A DNA stretch of 32,917 nucleotides from Thermoanaerobaculia bacterium. Lineage in GTDB: Bacteria > Bacteroidota > Bacteroidia > Chitinophagales > Saprospiraceae. The notes under the pieces are model-generated. The model worked only from the letters and a program-made list of their open reading frames with translations. It did no database searches and was not told the DNA's origin. The stretch covers positions 1 to 32,917 of the forward strand of contig JAKLJF010000001.1 of NCBI GenBank assembly GCA_023151335.1. The letters run 5' to 3'. Below, in pieces: positions 24,268-32,651 of the stretch; within the stretch, counting starts at the first letter, position 1; each line of letters begins with the position of its first letter. Made by a program: the position numbers and the translations under genes.

Positions 24268-27200
24268 TCATGGTACGCTTTGCAGCACTAATTTGCGACT
24301 GAGGCTTCCGGTTTCCGTTTGCAAACGCGCCACATATACGCCCGAACCGAGCCAGCTGCCGCTGTCGGAGCGGCCGTTCCACCGGAGCGTGTTAACGCCG
24401 GCGACAGCCGACACCTGCCGGCGCATTACCGCACGCCCCTGTGCGTCGGAGATCGTAAGCGTTACGGCCTGTGCCACCGGCAAGCGGAAACGCAGCGCCG
24501 TTTCGCGGTGGAACGGATTGGGTTGCGCTTCGAAGGACAGGGCTTGGGCGGTGTGCTCTTCCGCACCGGTGGTTTGCCGTTCAAAGGGTACCGGCGTTTC
24601 TATACTTCCCTGGTGTTGGTTGGGCGAGAAGTACATCGTTTCCGGCAATTCGTATACCGTACCGGTATCGTCGTCATAAAACTTAAAGTGCAGCAACTCG
24701 CCCGCCGTATTGGCATAGGTCGTCAGGAAAAACAGGTGTGCGTCAATCGGTTCGATATAAATGGCCGGCGCCGTACCGCGCACCCCGGCACCCACAAAAG
24801 CGCCCAATTCCATATTGCTCGTGGTAACATTGGCGCCATTAGCGCGGATCATACCAATGAGCGTACTGCTGTGTTCAAATTGTGCCGGATCGACGTTCCA
24901 GTAAGTGACAGCCGGCGCTTCGGTCCCGCCCCGCGCCCGCGCCGGTTTTCCGCCAAACGGAGCGGGCGGCGGCGGATAAGTAAGGGTTCCGGCCTGCGCC
25001 AGTTTGATCTGGTAGCCATTCGGCGGCGACAGGTACTGCAAATTGCCTACCCAGCCCGATGAAGGATTGATAAACTGGGCGAAAGCATACTGACTCTTCA
25101 CAATATCGCCGGTTTGGGCAGGAAGCGAGATCAGCGCCTCGTTTACGGGCAAGGAATAATTGGGGATGTAACCGATCCAGTTCCAGCCGGGTACCAGCGG
25201 TATGCTGGTCGTCTGCGGGTCGATGGGCGTACCCTGCATACGCAACGTGTCGGGCACGTCGGCCCGGTAAATGTACATCGTGGTGTTGCTCAGGTTCGAC
25301 AGACTGCCAAACCAGCCGCCGATGTACTGTGAAAAAGGCCCCTGGCTTTTGATCAGGTCGTTTTGCGGGTGTTTCAGCGAGGCCAGCGCCGAATCCAGGC
25401 TGTTGTTGGAGAAAGCCAGGTTGAACGATAACCAGTTCCAGCCATAACCGATCGGCACCTCGCGCAGAATCTGGCCCGCCGTGTGTACCAACTGAGGGTT
25501 GGTGGGTATGCCGATCAGGTTGTCGGGTTCGAAATTAAAGGATTCCACTACCGATCCGTAGCGCTGGCAGGCAGAAGCGTCCCACACTTCGATGCGTATC
25601 GGCTGGTTTACGTCTCCAGGGTTGCCATGCACCGTCAGGTAGGCCAGCCACTCGTTCACCTGCGGCACATACTGCACATGGGCCACGCCCCGCAGTTCAT
25701 CGCCGATAAAAGCCGCTACCAGATCCTCCGGGTCGGTGGAAAACGCGCCCTCGATGTCGACCTTGATTACCATGCCCATCGTGTTTTCGAACTGCGACAG
25801 GCCGGCGGGATTGTAAGGCGGCCGGCAAACCACGCGCACGCCCAGGGGGAGCGGTTCGTCGCCACCCATAAAGAAGGGATTTTGCCCGATCTCGGTGTGC
25901 AGCACAATCGAGTCCGACCAATGGCCGAAAGCCAGATCGGGCATGACATGGAAGTTGATCTCCCGGGTTTCATTGGGCGCCAGGGTTCCCTGGTTGGGTA
26001 CTACCTGCACCCAGGCGGGCATGTCGAGTATTTTGAAGGGCACGGGGTAGCCGCCCCGGTTATGAATGCGGGCAACGCCTGTTTTGGGCTCGTCCTCAAA
26101 TTTGGTAATACCCAGGCTGTCGGTCAGCCAGGCCAGCTCGTTGCGGTCCACATAGAATTCCCATTCCAGGTAACTCCGTTTGTTGCCCGCCTTGTCCTCA
26201 ATATCGTGCAGTTCGGCGCGGAGAATGCGGTTTTCATAAAACTCGTTCTGGAAAGTGGGGTCAATGACGATCTTGTTTTCATAACAGGTGACGTTTATGT
26301 CGATGAGTTGCCCGCCCGTCGCCTCGTACAATCCCACGTTGTTGGGTTGAGTGAGGTCGGCGGGGATCAGTTTGTCGCAGTTGATCTGTTTGTTAAACGT
26401 GAAGGAAATCTCATCCCCAACCTGGTACACGCCGTCAGAGGGTTGCGGAACGCCCACGAGGCCGGGCGGTTCGCGTTCGATACGCCCCCTGATGATCTGC
26501 GAATAGCCGGGCTTGTCGGCGGCATCGCCGGAGCAAATAGCTACGGCGCGGATCTCATAGGGGCCGTCGGCCAGGCCGGCCGTTTCCCAGAAAAACTGCG
26601 TGAAGTTGTCGCCCAGGTCGGCTTTCAGGATGTCGGATTGCGGCGTGATATTGATCCAGGCCCCGTCGCCGTCGGAGCGGCGGTACTGTACCCGGACGCG
26701 CTCGAAAAACGGTTCGTTTTTGTCGTATCCCGACACCGTGATGCGCTTCAGGCTGTTGTCGGTGGCCAACTGCACCCAGCCTTCCTCGGGCACATTGATG
26801 GCTACCTCGCTGCAGGGGCGGATGAAATGCACGCCCAGATAAAGCGGCGAGTAGAAGTTCAGGTTATAGTCCACGCCAAGGCCAAGGGCGTAGTTGCGCT
26901 CCACCTCGCATTCCGAATGCAGCGCTACCACCAGGCTGTCGTAGTCGTACTCGATCGGACCGCGCTCGATGGTGATGGTTATAGGCACCGACTCGCCGTA
27001 CGGGACAATGTATTTCTGGGGCTGATCCAGCACGCCGCCGTTGAGTTTGATGACAGCGCCGTGCGGATTGTAGGCCGGAATGGCGGAAAAGACGTAGGGC
27101 CAATCTTCATTGGTGGATCCGCTGTTTCCGAGCAGCAGCTGAAACGTCGCCGTTTCGTTGGCCGGCACATTCGTGGCTACGAACGAATTGCCGGGCGCCA

Positions 27201-30200
27201 GCTGAAGGTTCACGCCCTCGCGGTTGGCCGTACCTTCCTCCCAGGGACAGGACGACTGGCCGGCCTTGATCCGGAATACGGGGGTTTTGTACACGGAGTC
27301 CATCGCAACGTCCACCGTGTACGCATCACCGGGATCGTCGTCGGACAACACGTAGCCCGTGGTAATGCCCCTCGAAGTCCCGGCAGTGGAGTCGGACAGG
27401 GTCTGACTGGTGGCCGCCACAAAATTGATTTTGCCCACTACCCCGGATTCGTTGAACTCGTAACCGAAATGCGTTTCGGCGCTTTCGGTGCTGTTCAGCA
27501 TTTCCTGCAACTGGGCGGTGGTGGTGGTATCGCTCGTTTCGGAATACTCGTACTGCACATTGGCGTCGAAGGAAATATTGCGCACGAATTTCGCCTTCTC
27601 CTTCAGGCCCGCGTTGCGGTCGATGATAGCCTGCCAGCGTGTCAGCGATTCAGCCGACTGTGCCCTGACGGCGCTGTCCACCGCCGGGTCGTTGGCCAGG
27701 GCGTCGAGGTATCGCATCACGTTGTTGATGAGGTGGTACTCCGAATACATGAACACCGACGGGAAAGTGCCGGGTTCGATGTTCAACACCTGCGTTACCC
27801 CGGGTGTGCAGGTGTTTTCGTCAAAGGCAACCAAGTCGGCAAAGCCGAAAATGAGGTTGATCCCTTCGCCCACGTAAATATCGGCCCCCTGGGCGCCGCC
27901 CACGAGCAGGTCGCCGTCGTTGGTGCTGAATTTTTCGCTCACGCTCATGCAGGTCTGAAACGTGGAATCGGATACTTTTTGATAGGTGACCTGAAACTCG
28001 GCGCCGATATCGAAAATAGGGCCGGCATTGATGATCTGGCCGGTGCCTGTAATGGGGAAAATAGTCACCACATTCACGTTGCCGCCCAGGTGAAATTCCG
28101 TACCGCCGCCGGCGCCGGTTTCATACTCCAGCGCGACGCGGTAGGTTTTGCAGACACTGGTGTTTTTCTCCAGGTATGCCGAACTACCGTCGCCCGGCGG
28201 GTCGCGCAGGATCAGGCTGGGAATTTCGGGCAGCGTGGTAGTGAACGTGTTCGCCTTGTTCCGGATACCTGTTACCACGGCTTGTTTGGTCAGGCTGCCT
28301 TCGCGCCCGGCCACCGAGGCGCCCAGGATTTGCAGCGTTTTCAAGTGCGGCGGCGATGGGTTGGGCGTTCCGACGACGAATTTGTACGTCAGTTGTCCGC
28401 CGCTCATAGTCGTGTCCAGCACTTCGTCGGAAAAACCGTTGATCATACGGAAGCTGGCCGTATCGAGATAACATACGCCATCGTCGGATGGTGTTGCCAC
28501 GTATTGTTCTTTCAATTTCAGATTAAGGGTCACCGTCTGGCCTTTTTCCAGGACAATGGCCTCCGGGCTGCAGCCGGACACGGGATCGAGCCCGCTGACG
28601 ATTTCCACCTGCGGTGGGGCAAAATAAATAAAATCGACGGTCGTATCGCTGGCCGTGAGGTTTACCGTTGAACCTCCCAGCACCTGAAAGGCGGCTTTCA
28701 CGTCGGGGTCCGAGTGTTCCACGACAGCTACCGTCAGGCTTTCCAGCGGGGGCAATTCCCCGAATTCGTATATCCCCTCCTGATTGTCAATGGTGATCTG
28801 CCGTTCCAAACAGCCGTCGGCCGAGCGCACTTTGACGATGCACACCGTGCCCGAGCCGGTACCCGCCGGCGCCTCGATGACCGATTTTTTACACAAACCG
28901 CCGGCTACCTGCCCTTTCACCTTCCGGGTGGTGACATCGTTGAACAAAATGCCGGCAATAGGACTGGTGACGTTGCTTACCTCCCAGAAAGCGGGCGCAA
29001 AGGCGTGGTCTTCAAAAACAGGGCTCAGCACGGCATTATCGCCGGGGTTGAGGTCTACCACGAATTTACCGGTAGAATCGGTGAAAATTTTGGGATTGAA
29101 AGAGGCCCCGTTGACCAGAATTTCCACTTTCGGGGCAAAACAGTCGGTATTTTTATACCGTACAAAGCCCGTTACGGGCACGGTGGAACGGTCGGTGAAA
29201 TCCACCTGATCCACCGAAGTGATGCTGGGATTCAGGGTGACCTGGCGCGTTACGGGGGAGAACACATGCGGTTCCGTTTTCTGCCGGGCGGTGAAGGGCG
29301 TCCAGTCGGCGCCGAAGCCCGTCCCATAGGCCAGCAGCAGGGAGCCGCTGTTGTGGAGGCGGTTGCCGCTGCCTTCGTCGAGGGCAAAATAGGCGCGCAA
29401 CCCCTTCTCCTGCATATCGCGCGGATTTTGATAATGGCTCAGAATGGTAGCAGCGCCGAGGGTGGTATCGTAAACTGCGATTTCGTCGATCAGCCCGCCA
29501 AAGTTATCCACGGTAGCCATGCCGCTCGGACGGGCGCCGAGCATCCACAACTGGGTGCTGTCCGACCAGTTGCCGCTGATATTGCTGTAAGTCTTGCTGC
29601 CGAGCAAGATGCCGTTTTTATACGCAGTTACGGTGCGGCTGGTTCCACTGCTGTCGATGGTGAAGGCGAGGTGTTGATAGCCCATGCCAAGGGCCCCAAA
29701 GTTTTGCTGCTGCCCGTTGAGGTAAAAGCTGATGTTGCTGGTGTTGCCGCTGGGGGTCAGCAGCAGGCGGAAATCGTTGGCGCCCCATTTTTTGGACAGT
29801 ACGCACTGGGTGCCGTCCGGGCCGGTGCTGTTGATCCAGAGTTCGATGGCAGCCTTGGGTGTGAGGGAAAAATCGGGCAGGGTGGCATAGTCGCCCTGGT
29901 TGCGCACAAAACGAAGGGCGCGGTACATGTAAAAATCCTTGGACGGATTGGCCAGAAAGGTGGCGCCTGTGCCGTAGCTGACCGATTCGATGCGGTAAAA
30001 ACCGTCTTCGTTCGTACGGCCGGAGGTGCTGACCGGCGGCCGGTCGGCATCGAACGCGGCCCCGCAGAAGTACAGTTTGGTTCGCTTGATGAGGTCGAAA
30101 GACTTTGTTCCCTGTTCTTCATCCAATTTCCAATAGTACTTCAGGCCTGGGGTGAGGGAGGAGGCCGTGCCCATCATCACTTCGCCGAGATCGATCTCGT

Positions 30201-31278
30201 CGAGGCGGCGATGGTACAGGCGCAGTTCATCGATCAGGCCGCTCCAACCGGAATATCCGGTGCGGCTGCCGATACGCAATTCGCCGGCTGAGGGCGGTAC
30301 CGAGGGAATGGTGGCAATGGACGCCAGGGCGCCGTCGATATACAGACGGCCTTTGCCATCCGCATCTATCGAAAGGGCTACGTTGTGCCAGCCGTTTTTG
30401 GTGCTGTCGGGGAACTGGCCGGAGAGCCACGCGGCGCTGTTGTAGGTTTGCGCAACCTCGATGCCTTCATGGCCGCCGGCGCTGGCGATGGGCCGGATAA
30501 AAAAGGGGAAAGGCGACAAATCCATCAGGCCGGCATTCGCGGCGGCCGAGTTGGTTTTTACCCAGAACGTGAGCGTCCATTCGCCGTTTGCGGCGGGTAA
30601 AATGCTGACCGTATCGCTGAAAAAAGCGCCGTCCCCGGCGTCGAATTTTAATGAAAAACCCTGCATCGGCGTCAGCGTTACAAGCGCGTCGGGCACGGGG
30701 CTGCCATTGACGGTTTCTACCTGACCGGTCACCACCCCGTTGGGTACCTGAAAGCCGAGGGCCTTACCGGCCGGGCCTTCGCCGTAGAGATTAATGCCCC
30801 GGACTTCATAATTGTAGGGTCTGCCGGCGATCACATTGAAATCATTGAAATTACGGATATTATTGGCTACTGTGGCCAAAAACACGCCGTCGCGGTACAG
30901 GTTGAAACCGCCCGTGGGGTTAGGGCCCAGCGGATTGAGTACCCAGGAAATCTGAATGCGGTCGAGCAAATCGCCCTGTGTAGCCGTCACGATCGGCGCG
31001 AAGGGGGGAATGAGTATCTGTCCGTAAGACCCGAATGCCATGTCATTTTCAGGCGTCGTAACCGGCCCCACGAGCATTTGCCCGACTATCAGATCGGTGC
31101 GGCGCGAAGAGTTGCGCACATCGATGCCGGAACCGTAATTGAAAAACACCTGCCCGGGGCGGATGGAAAAGACGCCGGCAGGACTGCAAGCGGGGTCGGA
31201 TTGGCCGGAAACGCCCGCCGGCGATCCGGTAAAAATCCACGATAACGCCAAAAGCCGGATAAAACGAAGATATTGCAT
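24268..31278 (-). CDS. giant T9SS-secreted protein (2336 aa). Domain order: FN3, CarboxypepD_reg-like and two LamG/concanavalin-like modules, a long unassigned central region, SbsA/Big_5-like Ig domain, two uncharacterised modules, Por C-terminal domain
   Basis: - The first ATG is at 31278 (MQYLRFIRLLALSWIFTGSPAGVSGQ); the track start at 31287 is a TTG.
- FN3: IQISWVLNP...GFNLYRDGVFLATV...PYNYEVRGINLYGEG.
- LamG: WTLTFWVK...WHNVALSIDADGKGRLYIDG...LRIGSR...GLIDELRLYHRRL, with a second copy ending GGLIDEIAVYDTTL.
- Big_5-like: PPGLVGVPQPSDG...ISFTFNKQI...IEDKAGN.
- CTD: FEAQPNPFHRETALRFRLP...LTISDAQGRAV...GVYVARL. Confidence 0.9.
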   Translation of the reverse strand: MQYLRFIRLLALSWIFTGSPAGVSGQSDPACSPAGVFSIRPGQVFFNYGSGIDVRNSSRRTDLIVGQMLVGPVTTPENDMAFGSYGQILIPPFAPIVTATQGDLLDRIQISWVLNPLGPNPTGGFNLYRDGVFLATVANNIRNFNDFNVIAGRPYNYEVRGINLYGEGPAGKALGFQVPNGVVTGQVETVNGSPVPDALVTLTPMQGFSLKFDAGDGAFFSDTVSILPAANGEWTLTFWVKTNSAAANAGLMDLSPFPFFIRPIASAGGHEGIEVAQTYNSAAWLSGQFPDSTKNGWHNVALSIDADGKGRLYIDGALASIATIPSVPPSAGELRIGSRTGYSGWSGLIDELRLYHRRLDEIDLGEVMMGTASSLTPGLKYYWKLDEEQGTKSFDLIKRTKLYFCGAAFDADRPPVSTSGRTNEDGFYRIESVSYGTGATFLANPSKDFYMYRALRFVRNQGDYATLPDFSLTPKAAIELWINSTGPDGTQCVLSKKWGANDFRLLLTPSGNTSNISFYLNGQQQNFGALGMGYQHLAFTIDSSGTSRTVTAYKNGILLGSKTYSNISGNWSDSTQLWMLGARPSGMATVDNFGGLIDEIAVYDTTLGAATILSHYQNPRDMQEKGLRAYFALDEGSGNRLHNSGSLLLAYGTGFGADWTPFTARQKTEPHVFSPVTRQVTLNPSITSVDQVDFTDRSTVPVTGFVRYKNTDCFAPKVEILVNGASFNPKIFTDSTGKFVVDLNPGDNAVLSPVFEDHAFAPAFWEVSNVTSPIAGILFNDVTTRKVKGQVAGGLCKKSVIEAPAGTGSGTVCIVKVRSADGCLERQITIDNQEGIYEFGELPPLESLTVAVVEHSDPDVKAAFQVLGGSTVNLTASDTTVDFIYFAPPQVEIVSGLDPVSGCSPEAIVLEKGQTVTLNLKLKEQYVATPSDDGVCYLDTASFRMINGFSDEVLDTTMSGGQLTYKFVVGTPNPSPPHLKTLQILGASVAGREGSLTKQAVVTGIRNKANTFTTTLPEIPSLILRDPPGDGSSAYLEKNTSVCKTYRVALEYETGAGGGTEFHLGGNVNVVTIFPITGTGQIINAGPIFDIGAEFQVTYQKVSDSTFQTCMSVSEKFSTNDGDLLVGGAQGADIYVGEGINLIFGFADLVAFDENTCTPGVTQVLNIEPGTFPSVFMYSEYHLINNVMRYLDALANDPAVDSAVRAQSAESLTRWQAIIDRNAGLKEKAKFVRNISFDANVQYEYSETSDTTTTAQLQEMLNSTESAETHFGYEFNESGVVGKINFVAATSQTLSDSTAGTSRGITTGYVLSDDDPGDAYTVDVAMDSVYKTPVFRIKAGQSSCPWEEGTANREGVNLQLAPGNSFVATNVPANETATFQLLLGNSGSTNEDWPYVFSAIPAYNPHGAVIKLNGGVLDQPQKYIVPYGESVPITITIERGPIEYDYDSLVVALHSECEVERNYALGLGVDYNLNFYSPLYLGVHFIRPCSEVAINVPEEGWVQLATDNSLKRITVSGYDKNEPFFERVRVQYRRSDGDGAWINITPQSDILKADLGDNFTQFFWETAGLADGPYEIRAVAICSGDAADKPGYSQIIRGRIEREPPGLVGVPQPSDGVYQVGDEISFTFNKQINCDKLIPADLTQPNNVGLYEATGGQLIDINVTCYENKIVIDPTFQNEFYENRILRAELHDIEDKAGNKRSYLEWEFYVDRNELAWLTDSLGITKFEDEPKTGVARIHNRGGYPVPFKILDMPAWVQVVPNQGTLAPNETREINFHVMPDLAFGHWSDSIVLHTEIGQNPFFMGGDEPLPLGVRVVCRPPYNPAGLSQFENTMGMVIKVDIEGAFSTDPEDLVAAFIGDELRGVAHVQYVPQVNEWLAYLTVHGNPGDVNQPIRIEVWDASACQRYGSVVESFNFEPDNLIGIPTNPQLVHTAGQILREVPIGYGWNWLSFNLAFSNNSLDSALASLKHPQNDLIKSQGPFSQYIGGWFGSLSNLSNTTMYIYRADVPDTLRMQGTPIDPQTTSIPLVPGWNWIGYIPNYSLPVNEALISLPAQTGDIVKSQYAFAQFINPSSGWVGNLQYLSPPNGYQIKLAQAGTLTYPPPPAPFGGKPARARGGTEAPAVTYWNVDPAQFEHSSTLIGMIRANGANVTTSNMELGAFVGAGVRGTAPAIYIEPIDAHLFFLTTYANTAGELLHFKFYDDDTGTVYELPETMYFSPNQHQGSIETPVPFERQTTGAEEHTAQALSFEAQPNPFHRETALRFRLPVAQAVTLTISDAQGRAVMRRQVSAVAGVNTLRWNGRSDSGSWLGSGVYVARLQTETGSLSRKLVLQSVP

Positions 31279-31341
31279 GAGCGGCAATCAAGTTTGAGAC
31301 AAAAGGAAGGGTTTGCATCGATTCCGGGGCCGGGAGCAGGG

Positions 31342-32448
31342 TCAGAATCTTCGGATCGCCCTGACGCGAAGGCCAATCGTCTTGGCGGTCTGAGTTTGTG
31401 CGCCATTAATAAAACTCTGAGACCAGGCATTAACGGTGCCGGATGAACTGGAGCTCCAGTAATTCGAATTGGCAAAGCCGCCGAGGCCTGCCGCTTTCAG
31501 GTTGTCGTACATCAGGTCGAGTTCGTCCTTATCAGGCAAAAACCAGTCGCTGTAGCCATTCAGCACCAGGTCGTTGCACAGGCGAGCGGCGATGCCCGCC
31601 GTGGAACAGCTGTCCAGAATAGAAAGGGTATTGGCCTGGCCGCAGCCCCTTTTGGTACCATAGGCAAAAGTGACCGGCGTACCGGAGCAACCCCAGGCGG
31701 CACTGGTCGACTGGTCCGATTCCGCGGCGATCAGCCCGTGCTGTCCCTTGGCGTCTACGTAGAAAATGATGCCGCCGCCGTACGACTCACCGATCTGACG
31801 CGTGCTGCCGGTGATATGCTGCCAGCGGGCGCCGTCGTGGTAATAATAGCCTTTCAACTGGTCGGTCTGGTAAACCAGCGTTCCGGTGTCCGGCTGAACC
31901 ACGGCTTTTTTTTGCGCTTCGGTCATGCGTGGAATGAGTATTCCCCTGGTGGTCGATGTCACGTCGAGTATGGCCGAGGTATGGGGGCTGGTGGTACCGA
32001 TACCGACCGCGCCGCCGGAAGAGAACTCGTTGCCTGTACCCAGCAGCGACAACCCGGCCGGGGCAGCCGTCAGACGCGGGCGGGGCATATACTCGGGTCC
32101 GGAGCCGGAGCCGATACTCACGCCGAGGTAATAGGCCTGGTTGAAAGGGGCGTTCAGGGGCGCTCCGGTACCGAGGATCACGTTGTACTTCCCCCCGGTT
32201 ACCTTCACGTCGTTGAACACATCGCTCCAAACCAGGTTGGCAGGCGCCGTGGCGGTGGGGCTGTTCCAAAGTTTGAAACAGATCTGGTAAGTACTGTCAG
32301 GCGCCGCCTGGCCGTTGTCCTGCAAGAGAATTCCTTGCAGGGAGAGGGTCGCATTTTGGGCAAAACCGGCCTGTGAAACGCCTAAAACCACCGTCGTCAT
32401 CACGGACAATAGTGTTCTGCTCATGTGGATAAAGGATGAAAATTGCAT
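31342..32448 (-). CDS. secreted tail-fibre-like protein with a C-terminal DUF1566 (Lcl C-terminal, C-type-lectin-fold) domain
   Basis: The likely start is the ATG at 32448 (MQFSSFIHMSRTLLSVMTTVVLGVSQAGFAQ); the ATG at 32424 is also possible. The N-terminal part has QGILLQDNGQAAPDSTYQICFKLW, VGIGTTSPHTSAILDV and ILIPRMTEAQKKAV...GTLVYQTD..KGYYYHDGARW, motifs common in Bacteroidota tail-fibre-like proteins. DUF1566: GGGIIFYVD...GYSDWFLPDKDELDLMY...NYWSSS...AWSQSF.NG......K....VRAIR.F. Confidence 0.8.
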   Translation of the reverse strand: MQFSSFIHMSRTLLSVMTTVVLGVSQAGFAQNATLSLQGILLQDNGQAAPDSTYQICFKLWNSPTATAPANLVWSDVFNDVKVTGGKYNVILGTGAPLNAPFNQAYYLGVSIGSGSGPEYMPRPRLTAAPAGLSLLGTGNEFSSGGAVGIGTTSPHTSAILDVTSTTRGILIPRMTEAQKKAVVQPDTGTLVYQTDQLKGYYYHDGARWQHITGSTRQIGESYGGGIIFYVDAKGQHGLIAAESDQSTSAAWGCSGTPVTFAYGTKRGCGQANTLSILDSCSTAGIAARLCNDLVLNGYSDWFLPDKDELDLMYDNLKAAGLGGFANSNYWSSSSSGTVNAWSQSFINGAQTQTAKTIGLRVRAIRRF

Positions 32449-32595
32449 ATCGGGTTGTCGATAAGTTTTGATAATGATCCGCGTGTTGTACATCTTGCCC
32501 CCGCACCGGCACTTGGCTCCGTATGCAGGGGCGGAACAGGTGCGTATGTTATACCGAAATGTCGTATCAGGTTTTACCCCAAAGCACACCCCGCC

Positions 32596-32651
32596 ACCGT
32601 CTACCGTCTACCGTCCACCGTCTACCGTCCACCGTCTCCCGTGCACCGTCT
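32596..32651. repeat. tandem heptanucleotide array (ACCGTCT)n, 8 units
   Basis: Units are ACCGTCT ACCGTCT ACCGTCC ACCGTCT ACCGTCC ACCGTCT CCCGTGC ACCGTCT. The last unit runs into the stop codon (TCA, 32651-32653) of the upstream DUF1566 gene. The array lies about 150 nt upstream of the next gene's start. Confidence 0.85.

Noticed and set aside
25483-28671. 1062-aa ORF on the plus strand, plus similar long plus-strand ORFs at 22896..24113, 28714..30291, 19195..20016 and 17874..18656
   Set aside because: All lie antisense to the giant minus-strand genes, which have clear domain content. Their translations are low-complexity and rich in G/R/V/A/H, with no motifs. Long stop-free antisense frames are expected in high-G+C genes with strong third-position bias.
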